In this document: one piece after another, positions 39,185-50,300 of the stretch
How the letters are laid out: each line of letters starts with the position of its first letter
Numbering within the stretch: the stretch's first letter is position 1
Assembly (NCBI GenBank): GCA_964558645.1
Contig: CAZLEV010000007.1
Location: 32,001-96,000 of the forward strand
From: an uncultured archaeon
GTDB taxonomy: Archaea; Asgardarchaeota; Thorarchaeia; Thorarchaeales; Thorarchaeaceae
Direction: 5' to 3'
Length of the DNA: 64,000 bases
Notes under the pieces: model-generated
What the model was told of the DNA's origin: nothing
The model's database searches: none
What the model saw: the letters and a program-made list of their open reading frames with translations, nothing else
Program-made: the position numbers and the translations under genes

Positions 39185-40249
39185 CTAACGATTATAGCAA
39201 CGCATGGCCTTAAGCTTGGCTATTCTTTCGATAGTTAGGCGTTCTTTGTCACTCAGTGGTTCAGCTCGGATAACATTGCCTTGGACAGCTGCATCAAACA
39301 GGTTCTTGCCAGTAGGGGTTCGGACCAACACTGTCGTCAGCGAGTCGTCTGAGCCGATGTTGCCAAAGGAGATGTCGGCATTTACGCAAGTCAAGTCGCG
39401 GCAGAACTCGCAGGAACTCGCTGCTACGGAATCGAGTTTGCCAACAGGCCACTCCTTTTGTTCATCAGCAAGAAGAACTCTGAATTTGCCCTTAGATATC
39501 TCCATCTTCAGAACAGAGCTCATTTCGATCCCTTCGTTCTGTAGGAACCACTTCAAACCACTGTGACTGAATGATTCCATGCAGAAGAGCCCGAGTTTGA
39601 TGATATGAAACTCATCCTGCCTATCAAAGCCTGAAGATCCTCGCTCAAGGTTACATAGCGAATCGATGGCGCAAGAAGTGCCTGTAACCGCAATCTTTGA
39701 AACCCCACTTCGGAGCTCTCGAATCACGTGGCCGATAACAGGAGCATGTGAATACACTGTGCCTGTTGGTATATCTTTAGGATTGGCTATAGTAACTGCT
39801 TGCGGCTTCCAAGGAATATCGGTCATGGAAGACCCGCAGACCACTCTTTCAACCTCTCGTGTTGTAAGTGCATGTTCTAGGAGCGAACTCACAACCCCAC
39901 CGTTCTGACCCTCTTCATGAATGAGTGACTGCGCTTTCCAAGCTTCGATGTAGTTGCCCACCAATCTCTCAGGGAAGACGAAGGTTCGGGGACAGACGGC
40001 ATAGCACAGACCACAGGCGATGCATTTCCCTGTTAGCTTAGGAACGTATCTCTCATCGGTCCATGTTCCTGTGAGCGCATCAACTGGGCATATCGCCACA
40101 CATGCTCCACATTCGGTGCAAACCCCAGTAGATATGATCTCTCTCTCCAGTTTCTTGAAAGCATTCCTTCTATCTGTCGTCTCGAGCCAATTCTGAAGGT
40201 CGTTCCTTGCTTGTTCGAAAACCACTGGGTTGCCTCCTTGCCTGTCCAT
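39185..40249 (-). CDS. Coenzyme F420 hydrogenase/dehydrogenase beta subunit (FrhB/FdhB/FpoF family) with 2x[4Fe-4S]
   Basis: CTECGACVAICP, CIACGLCYAVCP, QNGGVVS, GLFCMESF, CEFCRD and ADISFGNIGS. Confidence 0.9.
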   Translation of the reverse strand: MDRQGGNPVVFEQARNDLQNWLETTDRRNAFKKLEREIISTGVCTECGACVAICPVDALTGTWTDERYVPKLTGKCIACGLCYAVCPRTFVFPERLVGNYIEAWKAQSLIHEEGQNGGVVSSLLEHALTTREVERVVCGSSMTDIPWKPQAVTIANPKDIPTGTVYSHAPVIGHVIRELRSGVSKIAVTGTSCAIDSLCNLERGSSGFDRQDEFHIIKLGLFCMESFSHSGLKWFLQNEGIEMSSVLKMEISKGKFRVLLADEQKEWPVGKLDSVAASSCEFCRDLTCVNADISFGNIGSDDSLTTVLVRTPTGKNLFDAAVQGNVIRAEPLSDKERLTIERIAKLKAMRCYNR

Positions 40250-40329
40250 CAGTCTTATACTGTCATATATTGCTGCTGGAAGCCAAAGATTATATCACGA
40301 ATCAGATGCCAAAGCGTCAGTTGGTTCGT

Positions 40330-41034
40330 ATGAGAATCAGTGATGAGAAGATCAACGAGCTCATTCTTGCGAGCGAAACGCACAGATGTGAACCCTACGA
40401 GTGCTGTGTGAGATTGGTGGCTGTGGCTGATCTTCCAAGCAAGTTCGGGGAGTTCCAAATATGTGGTTTTGTGAGTCCCTGTGATGGTAAGGAGCATACT
40501 GCCATTGTCAAGGGCAATATAGTGGGAAAAGAGGGTGTTATGACTCGGGTTCATTCAGAGTGTCTGACAGGCGACGTCATGGGTAGCAAGCGCTGTGACT
40601 GTAGAGATCAGCTCCTTGAAAGCCTGAAGCGCATTGAAGAAGAGGGAGAGGGCATCCTGCTGTATCTTCGGCAGGAAGGACGTAACATTGGTCTCACAGA
40701 GAAGATAAAGGCCTATGCTCTTCAAGATCAGGGCATTGATACGATTGATGCAAACTTACTCCTAGGTCACCAACCTGACGAGCGCGACTACGGTGTTGCA
40801 GCTCATATCCTTCAGACCCTTGATGTGAGATCAATCAGGCTGTTGACAAACAACCCCGAGAAGATTGAGCAGCTGCAAAAGCACGATGTCGAGATCATCG
40901 AGAGACTTCCACTCATCATCGAACCTTCTGAGTTCAACAAGTTCTATCTCAAAACGAAGAAGGAGAAGGCAGGTCACCTTCTCGGTGAGCTGGCCGAAGT
41001 GCATGATATCGCGAAGATTGACCGGCTTGCTTAG
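40330..41034 (+). CDS. ribA: GTP cyclohydrolase II
   Basis: RVHSECLTGD..GSKRCDC, YLRQEGRNIGL, AYALQD and LLTNNPEK; ATG 40330 chosen. Confidence 0.93.
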   Translation: MRISDEKINELILASETHRCEPYECCVRLVAVADLPSKFGEFQICGFVSPCDGKEHTAIVKGNIVGKEGVMTRVHSECLTGDVMGSKRCDCRDQLLESLKRIEEEGEGILLYLRQEGRNIGLTEKIKAYALQDQGIDTIDANLLLGHQPDERDYGVAAHILQTLDVRSIRLLTNNPEKIEQLQKHDVEIIERLPLIIEPSEFNKFYLKTKKEKAGHLLGELAEVHDIAKIDRLA

Positions 41035-41140
41035 CGGGAAGATGCTCATTCGGCAACAGAAACCAGATGCTACCTTCATCAGGAGACTCATGTACTTCTG
41101 TACCTAGTTCCCGCCTGTATGATCTGTTAACGCAGACGAA

Positions 41141-42118
41141 TCAGTCCGCTTGCGGACTCTTGACGATCTCATTGAATCGAGTTTCAGAAATGTTTCCACC
41201 GCTAATGACAATAACACTCTTCTTCTCATGGAACAACTCGGGCTCTTCGAGCACGAGTCCTACGCCTGTGGCTCCAGCGCCTTCCACAACCTCCCCCTTT
41301 TCGGACCAGAGGAGTCTCATTGCCTCCTTCACTGAGTGCTCACTTACTACTAGTATGTCATCAACACATTCTAGTATCACATCTAGGGTCTTGGAGTCCT
41401 TTTCTACGCCACCTAGAAATGCTTCTGCCATAGTCTCGAACTCCTCAACCTCGACAACTTCTCTGGCTCTGAACGAATGATACATCGTCGAAGCTCCCGG
41501 CGTTACAACTCCAAGAATCTCTGCTGAGGGGTTCAGATCCTTGATGCCTCTCGATATCCCTGCAATCAGCCCGCCGCCTCCGACCGGCACAATAACTAGG
41601 TCGTATTCTCTTACCCCCTCATTGATTTCAAGAGCAATAGTGCCCTGTCCAGCCATCACTTCATAGTCGTTGTATGGACTTACGTATACTCTGTCTTGCT
41701 TCTTAGAAAACTCCTGTGCCGCTGATTCGACCTCGTCATATCCACCACTCTGTATTATATTGACATCATACTCTCTCAGTCGTTGAAGCTTAGTGGCGGT
41801 GACATTGTCTGGCAGGAAGATCGTTGCGGGAATCTCGAGGACTCGTGACGCAAATGCTACTCCCAGACCGTGATTGCCCGATGAGGCTGTCACAACCCCT
41901 CTCTGTTTCTCTTCTGGCGTGAGCTGTGCCATCTTATTCAGTGCCCCCCGCACTTTGAACGAATTTGTGAACTGCCGGTTCTCTAGCTTGAGAAAGACTT
42001 CGCTCTGAAAGGTCTCGCTGAGTCTCTCCGAGTACTCTAAGGGCGTCTTCTTGATGTATCGACCGACTCTATGATGTGCCTCACGGATGTCTTGGAGTCC
42101 AAACATGTCATTCATCAC
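41141..42118 (-). CDS. ilvA: Threonine/serine dehydratase (PLP), no regulatory domain
   Basis: LKLEN...SFKVRGA, ASSGNHG, GQGT, VPVGGGGL and SGGN. Confidence 0.88.
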   Translation of the reverse strand: MMNDMFGLQDIREAHHRVGRYIKKTPLEYSERLSETFQSEVFLKLENRQFTNSFKVRGALNKMAQLTPEEKQRGVVTASSGNHGLGVAFASRVLEIPATIFLPDNVTATKLQRLREYDVNIIQSGGYDEVESAAQEFSKKQDRVYVSPYNDYEVMAGQGTIALEINEGVREYDLVIVPVGGGGLIAGISRGIKDLNPSAEILGVVTPGASTMYHSFRAREVVEVEEFETMAEAFLGGVEKDSKTLDVILECVDDILVVSEHSVKEAMRLLWSEKGEVVEGAGATGVGLVLEEPELFHEKKSVIVISGGNISETRFNEIVKSPQAD

Positions 42119-42157
42119 AAAGCCACCGACTCTCTTGGAGGATTAGATATTCTGCTG

Positions 42158-44023
42158 TCACAACGTTTCTAGGTGTTCCTTGATGCAGTCCTCGGAGTTG
42201 TCAGCCCTGACGAAGACCGGAACATTGTCAAGGCCTGTGGCTATATAGCTTGACAACAGCCACGAGCCGGGAGGAAACTCAAGGGTCTTGTCGAGAATGC
42301 TCAGATCGATTTGAAATGAACTGCTAACCACCGTTCTATCATATGGTCTCGGCAATGTTCCAACAAAGAAGGTGTGGAGTTGTTGCATGATGTTGGTGTT
42401 TAGGTAGGCTATCCGCTGTGTAGCAATAGCTCCCCCGAGACCGTATTTCCGTCCTTGTCGGAGTAATCTCTCGACGGATGATGAACATCGGTCGAGTAAC
42501 CCTGATGCCTTGGACGGGATGAACTCTTGGGCCTCGTCAAAGACAAAGAGAATTTGAGGTTTTATCTCAAAGCTCCGCTTGCGATATCTAAGGGCTGCTC
42601 CAGTGAGGTTGATGACGAGCTCTCGTAGGATGTCTGGGTCAGCAATCGAAATGCAGATGACGCGTTCTGGCCCACTGAACATGCGAAGTATGTCCTTTAC
42701 AGTTATTCCGGAGCTTGTGGCCTGCTCACCGCGTGCGATTGTTGCCTTCAGGCTATCTCTGGTCGTGGCCCAAGCATAGACTGTTGATCGGTCGCTGACT
42801 TTGAATCGCTCTACTGCGTTTTGTGCGCTTGCTGCAAAATCGTCGACAAACCCCTTATCAATAACCTCGTTCTGACTCTTGTCTGCCATTTCCATCCAGC
42901 CAACCACAAAATCTGTGACTTCGTCCAGTGCCTGGATATAGTTGGGGCGGCCGGTGCTGTCGGACCTTAGAGTCGAAATCTCGCCTAGTATCGATGAATA
43001 TGTTGGTATCTGGGTTTGAGGTCTGTTGAAAAACGTGACAATCCCTTTGTCATAGAGACCCTCCAAAGCCTTGTTCGCCCGTTTATCCTCCTCGAAGTCC
43101 CTCGGCTTGACAATCGCTCTTGAGAAGTGTTCTGCAGTCTTGGCTTCTTCTTCTAGGATGATCTTCGACTTGATAGAGTCGTCAGCGAATACATCTGCGA
43201 GAAGGAATGGGTATTCACAGCTGATGTCAAACAAGACAAGCTTGGTGTCGTCTGTGTGATAGAGTATACGCCTGAAGAGATTCGACAGAAGATTGCTCTT
43301 GCCCCCGCCGGTGAAGGAGAAGACACCGAAGTGGTAGCGGATGAGCTTGTAGAGGTCAACATAGACTGGCACTTCTGCATCTGACTCCATGAACATCCGC
43401 AAGATGCCAACTCGAGGATCCTTGGTAGGATCTGCAGTGGAGGTCTTTCTCTTAACGCCTAAAGCCTGCTTCACTTTCGAGTTGTATATCTCATCGACAG
43501 TCTCCATGTTGATGACATGAACTTTCGAACCAATCAGCGGATACGAGAATCCCTTTCTGAATTCAACTTCACCATCTTTATCGATAACCAGGTCGTAGTT
43601 GATAGGAATCGCGGTCATATGGACCATCATGGTTGATTGGTCGTCAGTGCTCCAGTCCGGAACAGCCTGTTCGATGATTTCCATCTGCAATGGAAAGTAA
43701 TGACTATCACTAACGCCACCAAGACCGTAGTGCAGCGGCCAGACCTTAGAGATGACCATGACTGTGTACCTGTCGATGTTCTCTCTCTCGGACTTCTTTG
43801 ACTGTCCCCTGAAGTTCTTCACTGCGAGCATCATTCCCTCTTCTAGCTGTGCCATCAGCTCCTTGTGATACCGTATCTTGATTCTGCAGTCGTACCTCGC
43901 AGCGGACCCCGCCCATTCTGAGGTGTAGTTTGCAGCCACAGGTATAACTCTGGCAAGAACGCCGTCGAATGTTCCATCAAAATCTGTGAATAGATGCTTA
44001 GGTATGTCTCCTTGTTTGCTCAA
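42158..44023 (-). CDS. herA: HerA-family ATPase/translocase (divergent)
   Basis: HFGVFSFTGGGKS Walker A, FVFDEAQEF Walker B and RQGRKYGLG...ATQR. Confidence 0.88.
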   Translation of the reverse strand: MSKQGDIPKHLFTDFDGTFDGVLARVIPVAANYTSEWAGSAARYDCRIKIRYHKELMAQLEEGMMLAVKNFRGQSKKSERENIDRYTVMVISKVWPLHYGLGGVSDSHYFPLQMEIIEQAVPDWSTDDQSTMMVHMTAIPINYDLVIDKDGEVEFRKGFSYPLIGSKVHVINMETVDEIYNSKVKQALGVKRKTSTADPTKDPRVGILRMFMESDAEVPVYVDLYKLIRYHFGVFSFTGGGKSNLLSNLFRRILYHTDDTKLVLFDISCEYPFLLADVFADDSIKSKIILEEEAKTAEHFSRAIVKPRDFEEDKRANKALEGLYDKGIVTFFNRPQTQIPTYSSILGEISTLRSDSTGRPNYIQALDEVTDFVVGWMEMADKSQNEVIDKGFVDDFAASAQNAVERFKVSDRSTVYAWATTRDSLKATIARGEQATSSGITVKDILRMFSGPERVICISIADPDILRELVINLTGAALRYRKRSFEIKPQILFVFDEAQEFIPSKASGLLDRCSSSVERLLRQGRKYGLGGAIATQRIAYLNTNIMQQLHTFFVGTLPRPYDRTVVSSSFQIDLSILDKTLEFPPGSWLLSSYIATGLDNVPVFVRADNSEDCIKEHLETL

Positions 44024-45917
44024 TATCTGACCTCCTCTCTCGAAATGTGCTTAAGTAGAATATGAATTCACGAAGCTCTGGTCGGTTGACAAGCCAGCTC
44101 CCTGCGCTTGTTACCATCGAGTTGAACTGATTGAAATAGAATTTGGCCACCTTGTCAGCAACGTATAATGGTCTAATATGGCCGAACAGCTCGGGGATGC
44201 TGGGGCTTGTCATCTTCGTGAACAACTGCATGATGAATCTCTGAATAGGGTTGTCTTTCCCGTTATAGAATATGGCGTCGACCAGCTCGGGTTCCTCTGG
44301 CCGCCCTCCGTAATCGTGCTTGAGGTTGACTATACACTCTTTTCGATCATCGAATCCTGGGTGTGCAAGACGGTCATAGAGTAGCACATTACTTCTCAGT
44401 TTTGGATCAGTCTTTGCTTCTGATAGTTGGAAATAGGATTTGAGAAACATCTTATTCAGGGATATCTGATTTCTCCTCGCTCCAGACACGAGCTTCTCGC
44501 GGCCCTCTAGGTGTGGAACTATGGTCTTGAACGCCGTATCGTATTCAGCAGTGGCCCATGGAACCTCTAGCCTATCTCGCTCCTTAAGCGAAACCCACTG
44601 CAGTATCATTCTGTCTGTATCTGGTACATCGACTCCGGTATCCTGGAAGCCTCCACTGAACTCCTTTGCATGATTCAGCACCGGAAGTAGCTGGCGTTTC
44701 AGGTCTCTGGCCGAGGTGTCCTTTGCCACTCCAATCAGTAGCTTGTGCTTCTGCCAGCACTTCATTGCCACCAAGTTCAAACATACAAGGCTTAGGAATG
44801 CCAGGTCGTTCGTCGTGAGCCAGCGAGAATCGATCTTGAACCTGTCTTCGAATGAAACATCAGGGTCCTCGGAGAAGATTCTCTCACAGATGTCAAAGAC
44901 AAGCCTTTCTAGTCTAGGTAGCAGGTCGTGCATCGAAGGGACCACCGTGAAGTGTTTCCCTTTTCGTCGTATGACAGCCTTCGCCTCGCGTTTCCCCTTC
45001 ATACCCGTTTCCAGTTCCTTGTCTAACCTCTCAAGCTGGTGATTGGTTGTGACTCCCAGTCTGGCTGCAATCTCTTCTCTGTCCAGACCTGTGGGGTACT
45101 CCTTGGTGAGCTCCACAACAATTCTTGGGAGAAGGTATTCTCCCCTTGCTGGGGGAATCTGCAGTTCTTGATTTCCAAAGAGCTTCCTGGCATAGACCCA
45201 ATCGGTCTTGGAGAATCTCTCTCCCTCTAGTTTGTATCCGATGAGACCACATTCTTTGTCGAGATTGACACGGAAGTCAGAGGTCTCAGCGTAGAAGGAG
45301 CTTAGCTCCGAAGAGAGCATACGGTCCATCAGCAGAATGTCAACATCACATGGCTCGCTGACAAGCTTGAGAGCAAGATAGAACTCCGCAAGCCCCATCA
45401 TATAGTCTGCAAAGGCTGAGTTGTCGATGATCCAGCTGTCCGTCTGACTGATCATCTCATCCACAGCGCCTTGCTCATCTCGTATGAGAACTGTCTGGTC
45501 GATGTATGGCACCTCGTTGATGTAGACCGGCAGAACGGAGGATATCCCGAGGCCACTGTCGGTGAACTTCTCCTCATAGACCAAATCAAACTCCCCGTTG
45601 TCTTGTATCACCATTTCGCCCCTGTGGGCATAGGCCCCTGCAAAGAATATCAGAAGATCGAAGACTGCGTGTTTGCAGACAGTTCCATCGATACCTGCAA
45701 ATGACGGCGTCCGTTTACCAAAAAAATCATCCACGAAAGACAGGTCCAACGTGTCCTCGTTGTATGAATGCATGAGTTGTGAGAGAAATGCATCGTAGCT
45801 TCCTTCCAGAGCCTCGAACCGAGTCTTGTATGATGACACCTGCTCTTTGGCTCCTCCGATGAGGAGATCTCCTGTCCTCTTCAGACGCCTACCGATTTTC
45901 GACCCATCTTCATTCAA
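43998..45917 (-). CDS. nurA: NurA-family nuclease (long, with probable wHTH insertion)
   Basis: FAGIDGT, ILLMDRML, LIGVAKDTS and GHIRPLYVADKVAK; overlaps herA by 26 nt. Confidence 0.75.
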   Translation of the reverse strand: MNEDGSKIGRRLKRTGDLLIGGAKEQVSSYKTRFEALEGSYDAFLSQLMHSYNEDTLDLSFVDDFFGKRTPSFAGIDGTVCKHAVFDLLIFFAGAYAHRGEMVIQDNGEFDLVYEEKFTDSGLGISSVLPVYINEVPYIDQTVLIRDEQGAVDEMISQTDSWIIDNSAFADYMMGLAEFYLALKLVSEPCDVDILLMDRMLSSELSSFYAETSDFRVNLDKECGLIGYKLEGERFSKTDWVYARKLFGNQELQIPPARGEYLLPRIVVELTKEYPTGLDREEIAARLGVTTNHQLERLDKELETGMKGKREAKAVIRRKGKHFTVVPSMHDLLPRLERLVFDICERIFSEDPDVSFEDRFKIDSRWLTTNDLAFLSLVCLNLVAMKCWQKHKLLIGVAKDTSARDLKRQLLPVLNHAKEFSGGFQDTGVDVPDTDRMILQWVSLKERDRLEVPWATAEYDTAFKTIVPHLEGREKLVSGARRNQISLNKMFLKSYFQLSEAKTDPKLRSNVLLYDRLAHPGFDDRKECIVNLKHDYGGRPEEPELVDAIFYNGKDNPIQRFIMQLFTKMTSPSIPELFGHIRPLYVADKVAKFYFNQFNSMVTSAGSWLVNRPELREFIFYLSTFRERRSDIEQTRRHT

Positions 45918-45989
45918 CTATGCTTAGCCACGCCCCGTAATGTGTAAGCAACATGGCATAATAAGAAGATATCTCGGAAGTGCCGAGTG

Positions 45990-47246
45990 TCATCTGTCTT
46001 CTCGTCTAGACATTCTCATCGTCTTCAGAGCTACTGCGAGTGGAATCAACGCGATTATACCAAGGGATCCTGCTATCATGAAGAGCATTCTCAGACTGCC
46101 TGTGACGGTCCATATCCACGCCCCTACATTCGCGGCAAAAAGGCCAGTAGAAGACATTATGATCTGGTAGGTGCTGAGAGCTCTCCCTTGATGCTCCTCT
46201 CTTACACCTTGGACTACAAGCGTACGTTCAGCTCCAATCCACAACATCACTGGAAAGGCCCATGCAGCATTGATGGCTATGAGGAGAGGAACACCATTTC
46301 CCAGAGCCAGCAGCCACATGATAGTGGCGTTTCCTGCAAGCCCGATGACAAGCGCACCACGCTTCTTTCTGTCGGCCAGCCCTGATATGTTGTACATGAC
46401 CAGTAGTGAAGTCAGAGCGAAAGCACTGTGGGTGAAGGCATAGATAGATGGTTCTATTCCCCATTCCCCAACGCAGAGGTTTCCTAGGTAGTAGAATGCC
46501 ATGTTCCAGGTGAATGCAAATACCAACATTCCACCAATCAGCTTCCAGAAATCGCCACCAAGTTCTCTTATGGGGACTTTTACACCTTCTCGGGCTCTCT
46601 GCTGTATTTCATTTGGAAGACTCTCTCTTAGTCCCAGAGCTGTGGTGATCAGTGCAGTAGCCGACCCAATAGCACCTATCAGGAGTAGCGTTCTAGCTTC
46701 TATCTGAAAATTGAGGAGTATACCTGCTAGCACAGGTGTTATCCCATCAACCAACAGAGCTGGTAGGAGAACCATTGTGAACCGTCGGGCGGAGTTTGCA
46801 CCTCCGTCAGCTGCAATCTCGTCGGCTGGGATGGCACGAGATATGATCAGAACAAAGCTCCACCCGAACTGAACGATTCCGTACGAGAGAGGGATGAGAG
46901 GCCAAACCGGAAAAGAATAGAGCATGAAGAGCCCAAGGGTGATTGGCAAGAATGACATGAGCATGGTACGACGTCTACCTATCATGTCCGAAACCATGCC
47001 CGAAACTGGATAGCCTAGTATTGCAACAAAGAGGCCTATCGTGATGTTTAGGCCTATCTGCCATGGCTGGAGAATCTCTTCCAGAAAAATCGTGAACTGC
47101 CAAGCCCATACACTGATGGAGAACTGCGCAACACCAGTCACAATTGCCAGTCTCCAGAGATTGGGACTCAGTCCCAGAAACGACTGGGCAGGTGACAATC
47201 CATCGAGTCCAGTTATTCCCGGTCGATGCATGGTTCTTACGGCCAA
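45990..47246 (-). CDS. MFS transporter
   Basis: GMVSDMIGRRR motif A; about 12 TM; EEHQGRA. Confidence 0.9.
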   Translation of the reverse strand: MAVRTMHRPGITGLDGLSPAQSFLGLSPNLWRLAIVTGVAQFSISVWAWQFTIFLEEILQPWQIGLNITIGLFVAILGYPVSGMVSDMIGRRRTMLMSFLPITLGLFMLYSFPVWPLIPLSYGIVQFGWSFVLIISRAIPADEIAADGGANSARRFTMVLLPALLVDGITPVLAGILLNFQIEARTLLLIGAIGSATALITTALGLRESLPNEIQQRAREGVKVPIRELGGDFWKLIGGMLVFAFTWNMAFYYLGNLCVGEWGIEPSIYAFTHSAFALTSLLVMYNISGLADRKKRGALVIGLAGNATIMWLLALGNGVPLLIAINAAWAFPVMLWIGAERTLVVQGVREEHQGRALSTYQIIMSSTGLFAANVGAWIWTVTGSLRMLFMIAGSLGIIALIPLAVALKTMRMSRREDR

Positions 47247-47356
47247 TTCCCTGCTTCATGTAAACCTCTTAAATCGGTATCCGTATACGCGACTCTCTCT
47301 GAACGAGCTTTGGAGTACCTCGAACCCCTCTTTGGAGGGCATTCCTCGCAATCACA

Positions 47357-50300
47357 TCACGATTTCCTTTTGAAGCGGAAAACGTACAGGAGCAAGACAA
47401 CAACTGCAGCTCCTGCACCTGCTATGAGTAAAACCAGTGATAGCAGAGGATCCATGACCGGTTCTGTTGCTGTCGTAGTCGTGGTGGTGGTTGTGGTAGA
47501 AGATGTGGTTGTGCTAGTAGTTGTGGTTATGGTAGATGAGAGCACAGTCACGAAGACGGTGTCACTATTGCTATTTCCTGAGGTGTCGTAGACCACGAGG
47601 GTGTAGTTGTAAATGCCCAGAGTCAATCCATCGACGCTAACTAGTATTTCAGAACCATTCCACTCATCGGAATAGCTCAATGAGCCATTCACATACAACT
47701 CATACCTGTCAGGGTACAAATCGGACCCACTCCAAGTAATATTGTGGCCTGAGGTGCCTTCTTCATACTGAATATCCTCAGGGCTATCTACAGTTGGCGG
47801 AGTGGTGTCTACCACTGAAACGAACACAGTGTCGCTGCTCCAGTTCTCAGAAGTGTCGTACACCATAATCGTGTAGTTGTAAGCGCCCAGAGTCAATCCA
47901 TCGACACTGACCGCTATTGCAGTTCCAGTCCAATCATCAGAACAAATCAGCGAACCATTTCTGTACAACTCGTACCTATCAGGATACAGGTCGGAGGGGC
48001 TCCAGGTGATGGTGTGTCCGGTGGTGCCCTCCTCGTACCCGATGTCCTCGGGATAGTCTATCGTAGGAGAAGCAGTATCCACTACGGTCACGAAGACAGT
48101 GTCACTGTTGCCGTTATCAGAGGTGTCATACACCACAAGGGTGTAGCTGTAAGCACCTAGATCCAGACCGTCAACATCAGCGAGTATTGGAGAGCCATCC
48201 CAGTCACCTTCGTCTATCAAAGACCCATTCCTGTGCAACTCATACCTGTCAGGATACAGGTCGGACGGGCTCCAAGTGATGATGTGACCTGTCGTTCCAG
48301 CTTCATACTCCATATCCTCAGGGTTGTCAATCATCGGCTCAGTGGTATCCACCACTGTCACGAACACGCTGTCACTAACCCAGTTATCAGAGGTGTCGTA
48401 CACCACAATCGTGTAGTTGTAGGAGCCGACGGACAGGTTATCCACATCGACTAGTATCTCCGAGCCAGACCAATCGTCAGAATCGATGAGAATACCGTTC
48501 CTGTAGACCTCGTAGCGATCCGGGTTTGTGTCATATGGGCTCCATGCAATACTATGACCAGTGGCGCCAGCCTCATAGTCGATGTCCTCCGGGCTGTCCA
48601 TGATTGGCGGAGTTCCAGCACATTTGACTGGATAGCGGTCAATGCTCCCGGCTACTCCTTCTATGATGTAAGTCCCCGTACCGACATAGTCCCCCCAGCA
48701 GTTGCCCGTAGACTCACCATCATCCCAGTTGTTGTCACTCCCATCATCTCTGGCATTAATCACACCATTGCCCCAAATCCGATTGTAGTTGACTGTGTTC
48801 TGAGAGCTCCCAGGGTCTATATAGATGCCATATTGCCAGTTGTTCATGGCAGTATTGTTCGTTAGAACACTGTTGGAGAACGAAGACAGCCAGAAACCTA
48901 CGTTTGAGTTGTTGCTTGCTGTGTTGTTGGTGAGGGTGCATGACCAAGAAGAAGACAGATAGAATCCGTAAGAGTTGCTACTTGCGTTGTTGTTCGTGAG
49001 GGTGCATGATTCCGAAAACCATAGGTAGAACCCAAACAAGCTGTTGGTAGCAGTGTTGTTCGTCAGATTGCAGTGAGGGGAGTATGCCAGCTGAATCCCA
49101 ATGGGCACGTTGGTAAAGACCCCATTTCTGACTGTAACGCCTGAGCAGTTGACAAGGATAATCTGTGCATACTGAAACCCGTCAATGTTTCCACTCGTGA
49201 GGTTTGCAGAGTACCCCAGTGGTCTTCCATCAATCATGTTTCCGATGATATCGTGGAACCAATGAAACATTGTTGATCCGCGGATGAATACACCATTGCC
49301 AACAAGTGTGCTATTCCTCAAGACACACGAGCTCGAATAATACAGACAGAAGCCATAATCCAAGTTGCTTGTTGCTGTGTTGTTCATCAATGTGCAAGAA
49401 TCTGAATGGTGCAGATAGAAGCCATGACGCGAGTTGCTTGTCGCTGTGTTGTTCATCAGAGCACTGTTGGATGAAGAAGATAGTATGAACCCGTCACCTG
49501 AGTTATCACTGGCGTTGTTATGCTTCAGAGTGCATGAGTTCGACTTTAATAGGTAAAACCCATATCCTGAGTTACCGTGAGCCGTGTTGTTCGTCAGGGT
49601 GCTTAACTCCGAGAGATAGACATAGAGCCCAATCCCTGAGTTCCCGTAAGCTGTGTTGTTCGTCAGAATACTTGACCCCGAGGAATACACAAGGAGCCCA
49701 ATCCCTAGGTTACCGTAGGCTGTGTTGTTCGTCAGAATACTTGACGCCGAGGAATACACAAGGAGCCCAATCCCTAGGTTACCGTAGGCTGTGTTGTCTG
49801 TAAGAGTGCTGTTGGCTGAAGAATTCAAGCAGAATCCATGCTCTGAATTGGTGGAGGCGATGTTGCCTGTCAGGGCGCAGTTGGCTGAAGAATTCAAGTA
49901 AAACCCAGACCCTGAGTTGTCCATGGCTGTATTGTTCATGAGTGTGCTTCCACCAGAATCACGCAGCCAGAATCCAGAGTATGAGCTGCTGCTTGCGGTA
50001 TTGCCAATCAAGGTGCCATAAGCAGAGCTTTCCAGACGGAAACCGTAGTCCAAGTTGCTCCTGGCATAGTTGTCGGTCAACGTGCATGACTCTGAATCAA
50101 ACAAGTAGAAACCGTCTCTTGAGTTCTTGCTGGCATTGTTATTCGTCAGCGTGCATGATGCTGAATTACTCAGATAGAACCCAATTTCTGAGTTGCTTTC
50201 GGCACTGTTGTTTGCGAGCGTGCATGATCCTGAAGAAACGAGGTATAAACCACACTCTGAGTTCGTTTTAGCGGTGTTGTTTATCAGCATGCATGAACCT

